From positions 2,976,001 to 3,040,000 of the forward strand of contig CBDBCY010000004.1 in NCBI GenBank assembly GCA_965203555.1: a stretch of DNA of 64,000 nucleotides, given 5' to 3'. Of this stretch, positions 37,761 through 45,958 are shown one piece after another (positions within the stretch are counted from its first letter, which is position 1; each line of letters starts with the position of its first letter). This DNA is from Acidimicrobiia bacterium. Lineage in GTDB: Bacteria; Actinomycetota; Acidimicrobiia; Spongiisociales; ZC4RG35. The notes beneath the pieces were generated by a model that saw only the letters and a program-made list of their open reading frames with translations, ran no database searches and was not told where the DNA came from. A program made the position numbers and the translations under genes.

Positions 37761-38112
37761 CAAAGGTCGGCCTCGGCGCCAGTGGCGCATGTACGTGGGA
37801 GACATGATTGAATTCGCCCAGAATGTGCTGGATTTCACTGCCGGACTCGATCAACGCACGTTTGTTGCCGAGCAACGCACTTATTACGCGACATTGCACA
37901 ATCTGGCATAAATAGGCGAAGCGGCGACGAACATACCTGTTCATGTCAAAATGGAGCACGCTGAAATCCCGTGGCGTTCGATCATAGCTATGCGCAATCG
38001 GAACATTCATGCCTACTTGGGGTTGGACAACGATATCGTTTGGGTCGTAATCCAAGACGACCTCCCCGCACTGCTGCCGCAGTTGCATACCTTGATGAAA
38101 GCCGCTGACTGA
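37753..38112 (+). pseudogene. HepT/DUF86 HEPN RNase toxin with an in-frame stop
   Basis: ATLHNLA*(TAA 37909-37911)IGEAATNI...EIPWRSIIAMRNRNIHAYLGLDNDIVW; the RX4H motif lies downstream of the stop. Confidence 0.88.
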
Positions 38113-39631
38113 ATCCGTCGACAACCAGAACGGTTTTTCTTCTCCCCAAGGCCTGTGGACCTCTCGGTTTGGCGGCCAGCAGCCCTCTCCCCCGTTCCCA
38201 GCGGAGGAAGTCGTTTACCAGGTGAAAGGGCGGTCCACTCCGGCCAGCTTTGACGCCGGTGAGAGCCGAGGAGTCGAGCGACAGGGCCCGCAGGTCCTCC
38301 ATCTCCAGGTTGTGAACGCTTGACTTCCCGCATGCCTTGGCCAGCATGGTGATCTCCATGGTCATGGCGGTCAGATAACGGGCCACCCGGTCGGCGGCGG
38401 CGTCCACATGCAGGCGGGTCTCCAGGAAGGGGTCCTGGGTGGTGATTCCCACCGGGCAACGGCCGGTGTGGCAATGGTGACACTTTCCCGGCGAGGTGCC
38501 GATCTTCTGGTAGTCCTCCAGATAACGGGGCGAGTTGCATCCCAGCGCCATCAGGGCGGCCGTGCCGATCATCACCGCATCGGCGCCCAGCGCCAGCGCC
38601 TTGGCGGCGTCCGTGCCGTTGCGGATCCCCCCGGCAGCCACCAGCTTCACCTCCCCGGACATGCCGCTTTCCTCCAAGGCCTCGCGGGCGGCGGGGATGG
38701 CGGTCATGGTGGGGATGCCGGTGTGGTCCAGCAGCAGTTCCGGTGAGGCGCCCGTGCCTCCCTCGGCGCCGTCCAGCACGATCACATCGGCCACCTTGGC
38801 GGCCATGGCCACGTCGAACCGGGGGCGGGTGGCGCCCAGCTTCACGAAGATGGGGATCCGGTAGTCGGTGGCCTCGCGCAATTCTTCGATCTTGATCAGC
38901 AGGTCGTCGGCGCCCAGGAAGTCGGGATGGCGCACGGTGGACCGCTGGTCGACCCCGATCGGCAGCGAACGCATGCGCGCCACCCGGTCGGAGATCTTCA
39001 TGCCCAACAGCAACCCGCCGGTGCCCGGCTTGGCGCCCTGGCCGATCACGATCTCGATCCCGTCGGCCTGCCGCAGGTGATCCAGGTCCAAACCGTAGCG
39101 GGACGGAGTCATCTGGTAGACCATGGTCTTGGACGCCTCCCGCTCCTCGGGGAGCATGCCCCCCTCGCCGCTGCAGGTCATGGTGCCCACCTTGGAGGCC
39201 CCCCGTCCCAGGGCAGCCTTGGCGGAAGCCGAAAGAGCCCCGAAGGACATGGATGCGATGTAGATGGGGATGTCCAGTTCGATCGGCTTGGAGACCAGAC
39301 CCGGCCGGTCGCCCAGCACGGTCTTGGTCTCGCAACTCTCCCGGTAGCCCTCCAGTGGAAGCCGGGTGGCGGTGGCGGGGACGAACACCAGGTCGTTCCA
39401 GTTGGCCATTCTGCGGTTGGCGGTGGTGAAGCCCCTGATCTGGTAGCGGCCCAGCCTGGACATGGCGTGGATGTCGGCGATGTCCTTGGGTGTCCACCGG
39501 ATGCTTTCCCCGTGGTCGTAGGAGGTGGGGATGCCCGCCGGTCGACCGGCGATAGCGCCGTCTCGCAGCGCCACCAGGTCTTCGTGGGAAAGTCCGTTCG
39601 GAGAGTCGTTGTTGCTCAGATCATCAGCCAT
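37988..39631 (-). CDS. mgsC: FMN-binding glutamate-synthase family protein (N-methylglutamate synthase subunit C); native stop probably at 38215
   Basis: SMSFGALS, SGEGGM, GQGAKPGTGG, RHPDF, DGAEGGTGA, CHHCHTGRCPVGITTQD; operon with the GXGXG and GATase genes. An extra A at 38259-38261 turns VKLAGVDRPFTW* into a read-through tail. Confidence 0.8.
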   Translation of the reverse strand: MADDLSNNDSPNGLSHEDLVALRDGAIAGRPAGIPTSYDHGESIRWTPKDIADIHAMSRLGRYQIRGFTTANRRMANWNDLVFVPATATRLPLEGYRESCETKTVLGDRPGLVSKPIELDIPIYIASMSFGALSASAKAALGRGASKVGTMTCSGEGGMLPEEREASKTMVYQMTPSRYGLDLDHLRQADGIEIVIGQGAKPGTGGLLLGMKISDRVARMRSLPIGVDQRSTVRHPDFLGADDLLIKIEELREATDYRIPIFVKLGATRPRFDVAMAAKVADVIVLDGAEGGTGASPELLLDHTGIPTMTAIPAAREALEESGMSGEVKLVAAGGIRNGTDAAKALALGADAVMIGTAALMALGCNSPRYLEDYQKIGTSPGKCHHCHTGRCPVGITTQDPFLETRLHVDAAADRVARYLTAMTMEITMLAKACGKSSVHNLEMEDLRALSLDSSALTGVKAGRSGPPFHLVNDFLRWERGRGLLAAKPRGPQALGRRKTVLVVDGFSQRLSSRYATAAAVRGGRLGLRPKRYRCPTPSRHECSDCA

Positions 39632-40308
39632 GCGGAGGAATCCCTACTTTCGAAATACCACAGCCGCTGTCCCGACACGACCTTCTTCCAGTCCCGCGTG
39701 GAGTCGGCCAGACCCAGCCCGTCCAGCAGTTCCTCCACTTCTGCCACCTCCTCGGCGGGTGGCTCCACCGGGTGGCTGTCCACCCCCAGCGACTTGATTT
39801 CTCCCGCCACCCACACCGCGCCCTCCCAAAGGGAATCGCCCGTGGCGTCCCCGGCGTCTCCCAGGGTGATGATCCGGCCGGTGTGCGCCATGAAACCGCT
39901 GAGATAGCCGATATTGCCCTCCACCACGATGTCCCCACCTTTTTGCGCCACCCCGCAGCGCGGTCCGGCGCTGCCCTTGATGTGGATCAGACCGCCCCGC
40001 ATCGAGGCGCCCGCGCTCATCCCCGCGTAGCCGTCGATGGTGATCTCTCCCCTGGCCATCGCCTCCCCAACTCCCCATCCGCAATCTCCCTCCACGTGGA
40101 TAACTCCGCCGCTGTTGAGGCCGCCGCAGTAGTAGCCGACGTTGCCGAGGATGCGCACCGGGGTGTCCTCGGTGAGCGCCACGGCCAGGTTGTGCCGGGA
40201 AAGGGGATCGGTGACCACGATCTCCGAGGCGGTGGACGCCAGGGCCCGGATGTCGCGATTGATGTCCCGGAGAGGGCGGTCCCCGGCTTCAACCGTGACG
40301 ACGCTCAT
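39616..40308 (-). CDS. mgsB: GXGXG-domain protein (N-methylglutamate synthase subunit B)
   Basis: HNLAVA, GNVGYYCGG, GDCGWGVGE, GSAGPRCG repeats; ATG 40308 overlaps the upstream stop. Confidence 0.8.
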   Translation of the reverse strand: MSVVTVEAGDRPLRDINRDIRALASTASEIVVTDPLSRHNLAVALTEDTPVRILGNVGYYCGGLNSGGVIHVEGDCGWGVGEAMARGEITIDGYAGMSAGASMRGGLIHIKGSAGPRCGVAQKGGDIVVEGNIGYLSGFMAHTGRIITLGDAGDATGDSLWEGAVWVAGEIKSLGVDSHPVEPPAEEVAEVEELLDGLGLADSTRDWKKVVSGQRLWYFESRDSSAWLMI

Positions 40309-41252
40309 GCGGCGATGGCCTCGGCCGGCCGGCATGCCCAAGTCGTGTATTCGGCGGGCCCGTCGTAATTGATGACCGGATGATGCCGCCGGTAGACCTT
40401 GCGGACCGCCTGCTCCTCGGTGGCCGTGGCCATGTTCCCGTTCTCGGAGATCTCGGCCAGCGGCTTGATCGCCCACCTGTCCTTGGCCATCCCCATCTCG
40501 TAGGGGGTGGTGGCCAGGTACGTGAACACTCCGTCCATCTCGGTGAGAGACAGCTTGAGGGCGTCCTCCAGGGTGAGTCCGCGGCTCATCTGATCGGAGA
40601 TCCACACCGCGATCATCTCCGAATCGTTGTCGGTGTAGAACCGGTATCCCTGCCGGGTTAGTCGGTAACGGGTCAGCCAGTAGTTGGTCAACTGGCCATT
40701 GTGGACTATGGCGATGTCAGGGAAGGGGCGCGCCCAGAAGGGGTGGGAAGCGGTGGGGTACACCTTGGATTCGGTGGCCATGCGGGCGTTGGCAATCCCG
40801 TGGGTTCCGATGAAGCTCCCCAAGTTGTGTTTTTCCATCACGGTTTCGGCGTTGCCCACGTCCTTGATGATCTCAAGGGTCTTTCCCACCGACTGGATCT
40901 CGAATCCACCGATGGCGTCGGCCTCTTCCAACCATTCCGCAAACTCGGAGGTGGGCTCGGCCATGGTCATCCTCACCGAGACATGCCGCTGCTTCAACCC
41001 GTCCCAGGTCGGGTCGGAGAGGAAATCGGATCCGTGGTCTTTCAGAATCGAATGGAACGTCTCGAGATCCTGGTCGAGTCGGCGCCGGTTCATGCTCACC
41101 ACCCGCACCACGAAACCCTCCGGTAGGGTGGGGCCGTACATCGCAAACCCGGTGGAGTCGCTTCCCCGATGGGCCATCGCCTGCATCATGGCCACCAGGT
41201 CGGCCCCGACCGGGCCCGGTTCACGGAGGATTCTTCCTGCTATTCCGCACAT
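40305..41252 (-). CDS. mgsA: Class II glutamine amidotransferase (N-methylglutamate synthase subunit A)
   Basis: MCGIAG N-terminal nucleophile, HRGSDSTG, RMATES, HPF, HNGQLTN, TDNDSE. Confidence 0.82.
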   Translation of the reverse strand: MCGIAGRILREPGPVGADLVAMMQAMAHRGSDSTGFAMYGPTLPEGFVVRVVSMNRRRLDQDLETFHSILKDHGSDFLSDPTWDGLKQRHVSVRMTMAEPTSEFAEWLEEADAIGGFEIQSVGKTLEIIKDVGNAETVMEKHNLGSFIGTHGIANARMATESKVYPTASHPFWARPFPDIAIVHNGQLTNYWLTRYRLTRQGYRFYTDNDSEMIAVWISDQMSRGLTLEDALKLSLTEMDGVFTYLATTPYEMGMAKDRWAIKPLAEISENGNMATATEEQAVRKVYRRHHPVINYDGPAEYTTWACRPAEAIAA

Positions 41253-41316
41253 TGGTCGGGCTCCTTAGATTCTGGTTGATTCGGTTGAAATCCCATTTGA
41301 ACTTCCAATGCCAATT

Positions 41317-41865
41317 TTACCCATGGCAGATATCGGTCAGTTGCAGCAGTAACTGCAGTTGCGCATCGGCCTCGTCCTGGCGGATCGGCACCGTGTAGGG
41401 AGGCATGGGCGGGATGAAGATGGCGGTTATGGTGCCCGGCAGCGGGACGATCTCCACCCGCTGCCCGTTGGGGCCGACCAGCAGGCGGACGTGTTTCAGT
41501 TCTCCCTTGGGAATCAGGCTCCGCACCCGAGAGTCGCGGTTGGCCCGGCCGGCGACGGCCTGGGCGAATCCCTCCTGCGAGCGGGTGGCGAAACGGTCGT
41601 GTTTGAAGTGGTAGGAGATCCGCTCCGGCTTCAGGCCCGGGTCTCCCCGCACGGTCACCCAGAGGGTGTCCAGCAGCGCTCCGAAGATGCGGACCCGTCC
41701 GGTGAAGCCCACCGCCATGCGTACGTCGTCGTCCAACCGGGCTCTGACCTGGCGGTGCCCCTCGGCCACATCGTAGTCGATGCCGAACTTCTCCAACGCC
41801 GCCCGGGGCTCTTCCAGAATGCGCCTCCGGCGGGTCTCGTAAAGCCCCGACATGCGCCGGCGCAT
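41317..41865 (-). CDS. Hypothetical protein between the APC permease and mgsA
   Basis: Codon-biased ORF co-oriented with the cluster; start uncertain (41853, 41865 or 41991). Confidence 0.55.
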   Translation of the reverse strand: MRRRMSGLYETRRRRILEEPRAALEKFGIDYDVAEGHRQVRARLDDDVRMAVGFTGRVRIFGALLDTLWVTVRGDPGLKPERISYHFKHDRFATRSQEGFAQAVAGRANRDSRVRSLIPKGELKHVRLLVGPNGQRVEIVPLPGTITAIFIPPMPPYTVPIRQDEADAQLQLLLQLTDICHG

Positions 41866-42051
41866 GTTGAATACAGAAGGCTGCTTAGGCCGGGAATCAC
41901 TCACATCGAAACCATTCGATTCGCAATTCAATTGTACCGGTGGAGCCCGACGGGGACTCATCCTGCCAGGAAAGCGAGAAGGCCCACGCACCGGGCGTGA
42001 GCCTTCTCTCAGAAAGGGTAGAAACGAAAGTCAGTTGCCGTGCAACTCCTT

Positions 42052-43467
42052 TCAGCCTCCCATTCGGGCGGTGCCCTTCAAGGCGTAGGAGATCACCGCC
42101 GCGGCTAGCGATCCCACCAGGATCCAGATAGCCATGGGGAGGAAGATCTCGTGAGCCCCGGCGAAAGCCTGGTAGATGCCGTAGATGGTGGCCAGTGCCC
42201 CGATGATGGGCACTACCAGCGGCAACCGGAAGGGACGCTCCGCTCCCGGGTCGTTCATCCGGCTGATGATCACCAGCAGGTGGTACGCCACATAGAGGAT
42301 CAGCCAGACGTAGGCGCCGGCGAAGATCAGGTCGACTACCGAACTGGCATAGTTACCGACCAGCACGTAGATGACGGCGGTCACGATGATGGCCGTCCAC
42401 GGAGTGCGGTACCGGGGATGCAGGTACGAGAAGATCCGGGAGAGCGGCCCGAAGAAGTGGCCGTTGCGGGAGATCCCGTACAGGATTCGCGGCATGCCGG
42501 CATAGACGATGGTCATCGAGGCGAAGGTGGCGAGCACGCTGGCCACCGCCATCAAGAGGCGGCCGCCGTCGCCCCAGAATTCGCGTCCCACGAACAACTG
42601 GGTGCAGTTGCCTGCACATCCAGAGGCCTCCAGTCCACCCTGCCAGGTGCTGGTGGCGTCGGTGCCGAGCACGCCGAAGCCCATGAACAGCGAGGTGGCC
42701 AGGATGGCGACCAGACCCCAAACGATGCCCTTGGGGATCATGCGGCCCGGGTCCTTGGTCTCTTCGGCGAGGGGACCGACGAACTCGATCCCGATGAACG
42801 ACCATATGGCGATGATGAGCCCGGCGGCGATCACCCCCTCGGAGCCGAACCAGTTCCACATACTGAGCCCCGCGTCCCAGTTGCCGGCGCTCCAGCCTCC
42901 CGTGTTGCCGGCGCCGAAGTACCCGAACAGGCCGAAGATCCAGCGGATGGCGAGCATCACCACCACCACCAGCAACTCCACCCTGGCGAGAATCTGGATT
43001 CCCAGCAGGTTGGGTATGACTGCCAGGACGGTCATGCCGATAATCCACGGCAGCAGACTTTCCTCCATGATGCTCAGGTCGTCGGAGACGAACAGAGCCC
43101 GCAGTCCGAATGCGCCCGCGTTGGTCTCCAGCGCGCCGACGAAACCGAACATCGCATAGAAGGAGAACCCGAGGAAGATTCCGGTTATGGCTGCCTTGGC
43201 CCCCTTCCCCCCGAAAGCGGCGGCTCCGTAGTCGTAGAGCGCGCCGGCTTTGGGATAGGTCACCGCCAACTCGGCGGCGGAAAGGCCCAGGAGCAGGTTG
43301 ATTACAAAGGCCATAATCAAGGCCATGGCAAAGGCGGTGCCGATGCCGATCCACCCCTCGAAGTCCGAAACCAGGGTGGAACTGGCTACCACCAGACCGA
43401 CCCCGGCCATGAAGACGTCCCGGGTGGAGAGTGCCTTGATGAGGCCCTGGTCTGTACTAGAAGTCAA
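42052..43467 (-). CDS. APC family amino-acid/amine permease
   Basis: About 12 TM helices, AELAVTYPKAGALY, WSFIGIEFVGPLAEETKDP, HPRYRTPW; AAGGAGG RBS before TTG 43467. Confidence 0.9.
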   Translation of the reverse strand: MTSSTDQGLIKALSTRDVFMAGVGLVVASSTLVSDFEGWIGIGTAFAMALIMAFVINLLLGLSAAELAVTYPKAGALYDYGAAAFGGKGAKAAITGIFLGFSFYAMFGFVGALETNAGAFGLRALFVSDDLSIMEESLLPWIIGMTVLAVIPNLLGIQILARVELLVVVVMLAIRWIFGLFGYFGAGNTGGWSAGNWDAGLSMWNWFGSEGVIAAGLIIAIWSFIGIEFVGPLAEETKDPGRMIPKGIVWGLVAILATSLFMGFGVLGTDATSTWQGGLEASGCAGNCTQLFVGREFWGDGGRLLMAVASVLATFASMTIVYAGMPRILYGISRNGHFFGPLSRIFSYLHPRYRTPWTAIIVTAVIYVLVGNYASSVVDLIFAGAYVWLILYVAYHLLVIISRMNDPGAERPFRLPLVVPIIGALATIYGIYQAFAGAHEIFLPMAIWILVGSLAAAVISYALKGTARMGG

Positions 43468-43593
43468 TGGGGTCCTCCTTACCGTAGCTGTTACTGCGCG
43501 GCGAACCACCCGGGCTCGCCTCACTAGTTATCCCGACTCACTATACCTCCCGGCCCCGGCGCCCTTTGGCAAACTCTCGACATTCCTCGTTCC

Positions 43594-43998
43594 TCAGGAC
43601 TCCAACTCGTCGACCAGCACGGCGTCGACTTCGATCTCGACCATCATGCCTTCCACCGTCAAGCCGGCCTCCACGCCGGTCAGCACCGGTTCAATCCCCC
43701 GGAAACGCTCGCCGTGGGCCCGGATGAATCCCCCTGCGGCTGCACCCATGTCGGAGAGAAACGCCCGGGTTCTGACCACGTCGGAGAGGCATGAGCCGAC
43801 TTCGCCCAGGGCCTTGTCGATGCGGTCGAGAATGTAGTGGGTCTGGGCGTAGGCGTCCCCGGGCGCATGCAGTTTCCCGCTCGGCTCCACGGCGGTGGTG
43901 CCTGCCACGAACACGAACGGCCCCACCCGGCGCGCCCGGACATACGACCCCACCTCCTCGAATCTTCCCCCTCCCCGGGCGGTGCGTATCACAACCAT
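43594..43998 (-). CDS. RidA/Rid family protein
   Basis: FEEVGSYVRARRVGPFVFVAGTT, DVVRTR, VEIEVDA. Confidence 0.85.
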   Translation of the reverse strand: MVVIRTARGGGRFEEVGSYVRARRVGPFVFVAGTTAVEPSGKLHAPGDAYAQTHYILDRIDKALGEVGSCLSDVVRTRAFLSDMGAAAGGFIRAHGERFRGIEPVLTGVEAGLTVEGMMVEIEVDAVLVDELES

Positions 43999-44122
43999 CT
44001 GCGGTGCTTTCGGGCCGACATGGGTGCTGTACAGGGTAACGGATGCTATGAAGGGCGGGGAAGGGAGCGCTCGTCGTGAAGGCGCGCTCCGCGCGCTGGT
44101 GCTTCCACGCAGCGCGCCGGGG

Positions 44123-45205
44123 TCACGGACTCCAGGCGCGGGCGCGGCGGAGAAACACCTCTGGGTCGGCGCGCCATTCGGGGTAGCCGATCGCCCGGTG
44201 GTCGGTGAGATAGTCGAGCTTGTCGTTGAGGCAGGCGAGGAGGGCCTGCTCGGCGACCGGCAGCGTCCAGCCTCCGAGTTCCATCTCCGGATCGAAGGCG
44301 GTGACCGCGAACACGCCATCGTCTGCATGGCGGTAGACGGCTTCCCGGTTACCGGTGTCCCCGCTGGCGAACGCGTCGATCGAACCGTCGCGCAGGGCGT
44401 CGAGCAGTTCCATCTCGCCTATGTCCTCTCCCAGGTAGACCACCACGGGCATATCGGGGGAGGGGGGTTCCAGGAGCATGCGCGTTTGCAGATTCGGTGA
44501 TGACCCGGCGGCGGTGATCACGAAGCCATCGGTACCGTCGGCGATCGATGTTCCCGACTCCGTGACCACCCGCGTTCCGGCGGCCAGCACTCCCCGGGAG
44601 TCCGCCAAGCCGGTCAACTGGAGCAGGCGGGCCTCCCCGGTGGTACCCGCCAGCACCCCCACCCGGGAGTCGTCGGTCAGATGGTCGTGGGTGGGATAGC
44701 GGTTCTCCTCCCCGGCTCGCACCAGAAGCGACTGGCGGAAGGCGATGTGTCCCGATGTGAAGTCCACCACCCGGTTCCCCTCAGCGTCGCGGGTGCGGGA
44801 CTCGAGGATGGTGATGCCACCTCCGGCGATGTCGAACTCGTCTCCGGCGGGCAGCAGCCAGATATCCGGCCACTCGGCGACCGGTGTGCGACTGAAACGC
44901 AGCCCCGCGCCCTCCATCGCCTCCAGGGCGGCGAGCAAATCCGACTCATAGCCCAGGTGCTCGCCGAACCCTGCGGAGTCGGGATCGGGATCGGCGCTGT
45001 GGCTGACCGGGTCGAAGAAGGCGTAGAAGGCGAAGCGGAGCGTCCGCCCCTCGGCGCATGCCCCATAAGGGTCGCTCGCCGGAGCGGAGTCTCCGGTTAC
45101 ACAGGCCGATCCCAGGCCCAGCACCAACCCCACCGCCAGCACGGCCAAGCGGCGGGAGGGCGGTCCAACGAGCATCGCGGTCGGAGGGTAGTTGGATGTT
45201 GCCAC
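44123..45205 (-). CDS. Solute-binding protein (family 3-like) lipoprotein, no adjacent permease
   Basis: Lipobox LGSAC, GYESDLL, DIAGGGITILESR, VDFT, GVLAGTTGE. Confidence 0.75.
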   Translation of the reverse strand: MATSNYPPTAMLVGPPSRRLAVLAVGLVLGLGSACVTGDSAPASDPYGACAEGRTLRFAFYAFFDPVSHSADPDPDSAGFGEHLGYESDLLAALEAMEGAGLRFSRTPVAEWPDIWLLPAGDEFDIAGGGITILESRTRDAEGNRVVDFTSGHIAFRQSLLVRAGEENRYPTHDHLTDDSRVGVLAGTTGEARLLQLTGLADSRGVLAAGTRVVTESGTSIADGTDGFVITAAGSSPNLQTRMLLEPPSPDMPVVVYLGEDIGEMELLDALRDGSIDAFASGDTGNREAVYRHADDGVFAVTAFDPEMELGGWTLPVAEQALLACLNDKLDYLTDHRAIGYPEWRADPEVFLRRARAWSP

Positions 45206-45254
45206 TTCTGAGGGTCAACCTCCGCATGGCGATGTGTTCGGTTCGCTATTCTGA

Positions 45255-45644
45255 TTGGGAACTGTGAACGGAAGAGAGTCCTGCTTTACCGGAGAACCGG
45301 GTGTTTGTGACCTGACGGGTGAGGTGATCCTCTCCCCCGAAGAGATGGCTGTAGATTTGGAACTGGCTCACAATCCACCTGACCCGAGCAAGTGGTCGGG
45401 GCGCCGATCAACACCCGAGGAATTAGAGGAACTGTCGAAAGGCGCTGATGCCCTATTCGCCCAGATGACCACGGACCAGCAGGTCTATTATCTGATCGCG
45501 GTGACGGCGTCGGAGGCGGCTGAGAAGTTCGCTCGGATTGAGCCCGGTTTGAGAGAGCGCCTGTGGGAGGCAATTCCTGATGATCGGAGGGAGGCCATAA
45601 CTTCACACTGGAGAGGTGGGAACAGGGTAACGCTATCGGCCTGA
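45255..45644 (+). CDS. Hypothetical acidic helical protein, possible antitoxin
   Basis: Atypical codon usage; its stop overlaps the CTG of the downstream toxin-like ORF; start uncertain. Confidence 0.5.
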   Translation: MGTVNGRESCFTGEPGVCDLTGEVILSPEEMAVDLELAHNPPDPSKWSGRRSTPEELEELSKGADALFAQMTTDQQVYYLIAVTASEAAEKFARIEPGLRERLWEAIPDDRREAITSHWRGGNRVTLSA

Positions 45645-45883
45645 GCATCCTGCGGTCGGCGTACAAGCACGGTTACACGAGAGCGGACATCACCAGGGGG
45701 TTGAGTGTGTTGCTGGGGGAGGCCTATGACTACCCGCGAAGCGGCGTACGCACGGTGATCGGGTTGGACTCCAACGACAATCCGATCATTGTGATGGTCA
45801 ACATGGAGCGAGGGGTGGTGTTCCATGTTTCCCGGTTTGAGAAGAAATACGAATGGATGCTGTGGAGACAGCCATGTACGTGA
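45641..45883 (+). CDS. Small toxin-like protein (SAxKHG type, RelE/BrnT-like fold suspected)
   Basis: Extending ORF 45701 upstream in frame gives LSILRSAYKHGYTRADITRG...RTVIGLDSNDNPIIVMV...VVFHVSRFEKKY. Confidence 0.55.
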   Translation: MSILRSAYKHGYTRADITRGLSVLLGEAYDYPRSGVRTVIGLDSNDNPIIVMVNMERGVVFHVSRFEKKYEWMLWRQPCT

Positions 45884-45958
45884 GTGGTCGGGGGGACAGA
45901 CAGGGCTTCGGGGTGGGTAAAGTGGTTGGGAGAAACCCCGCCGGTCACCCCTTTGCCG

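Noticed and set aside
37909-37911. Recoded stop (selenocysteine or pyrrolysine) in hepT
   Set aside because: The codon is TAA, not TGA or TAG, at a non-catalytic position; a nonsense mutation is simpler.
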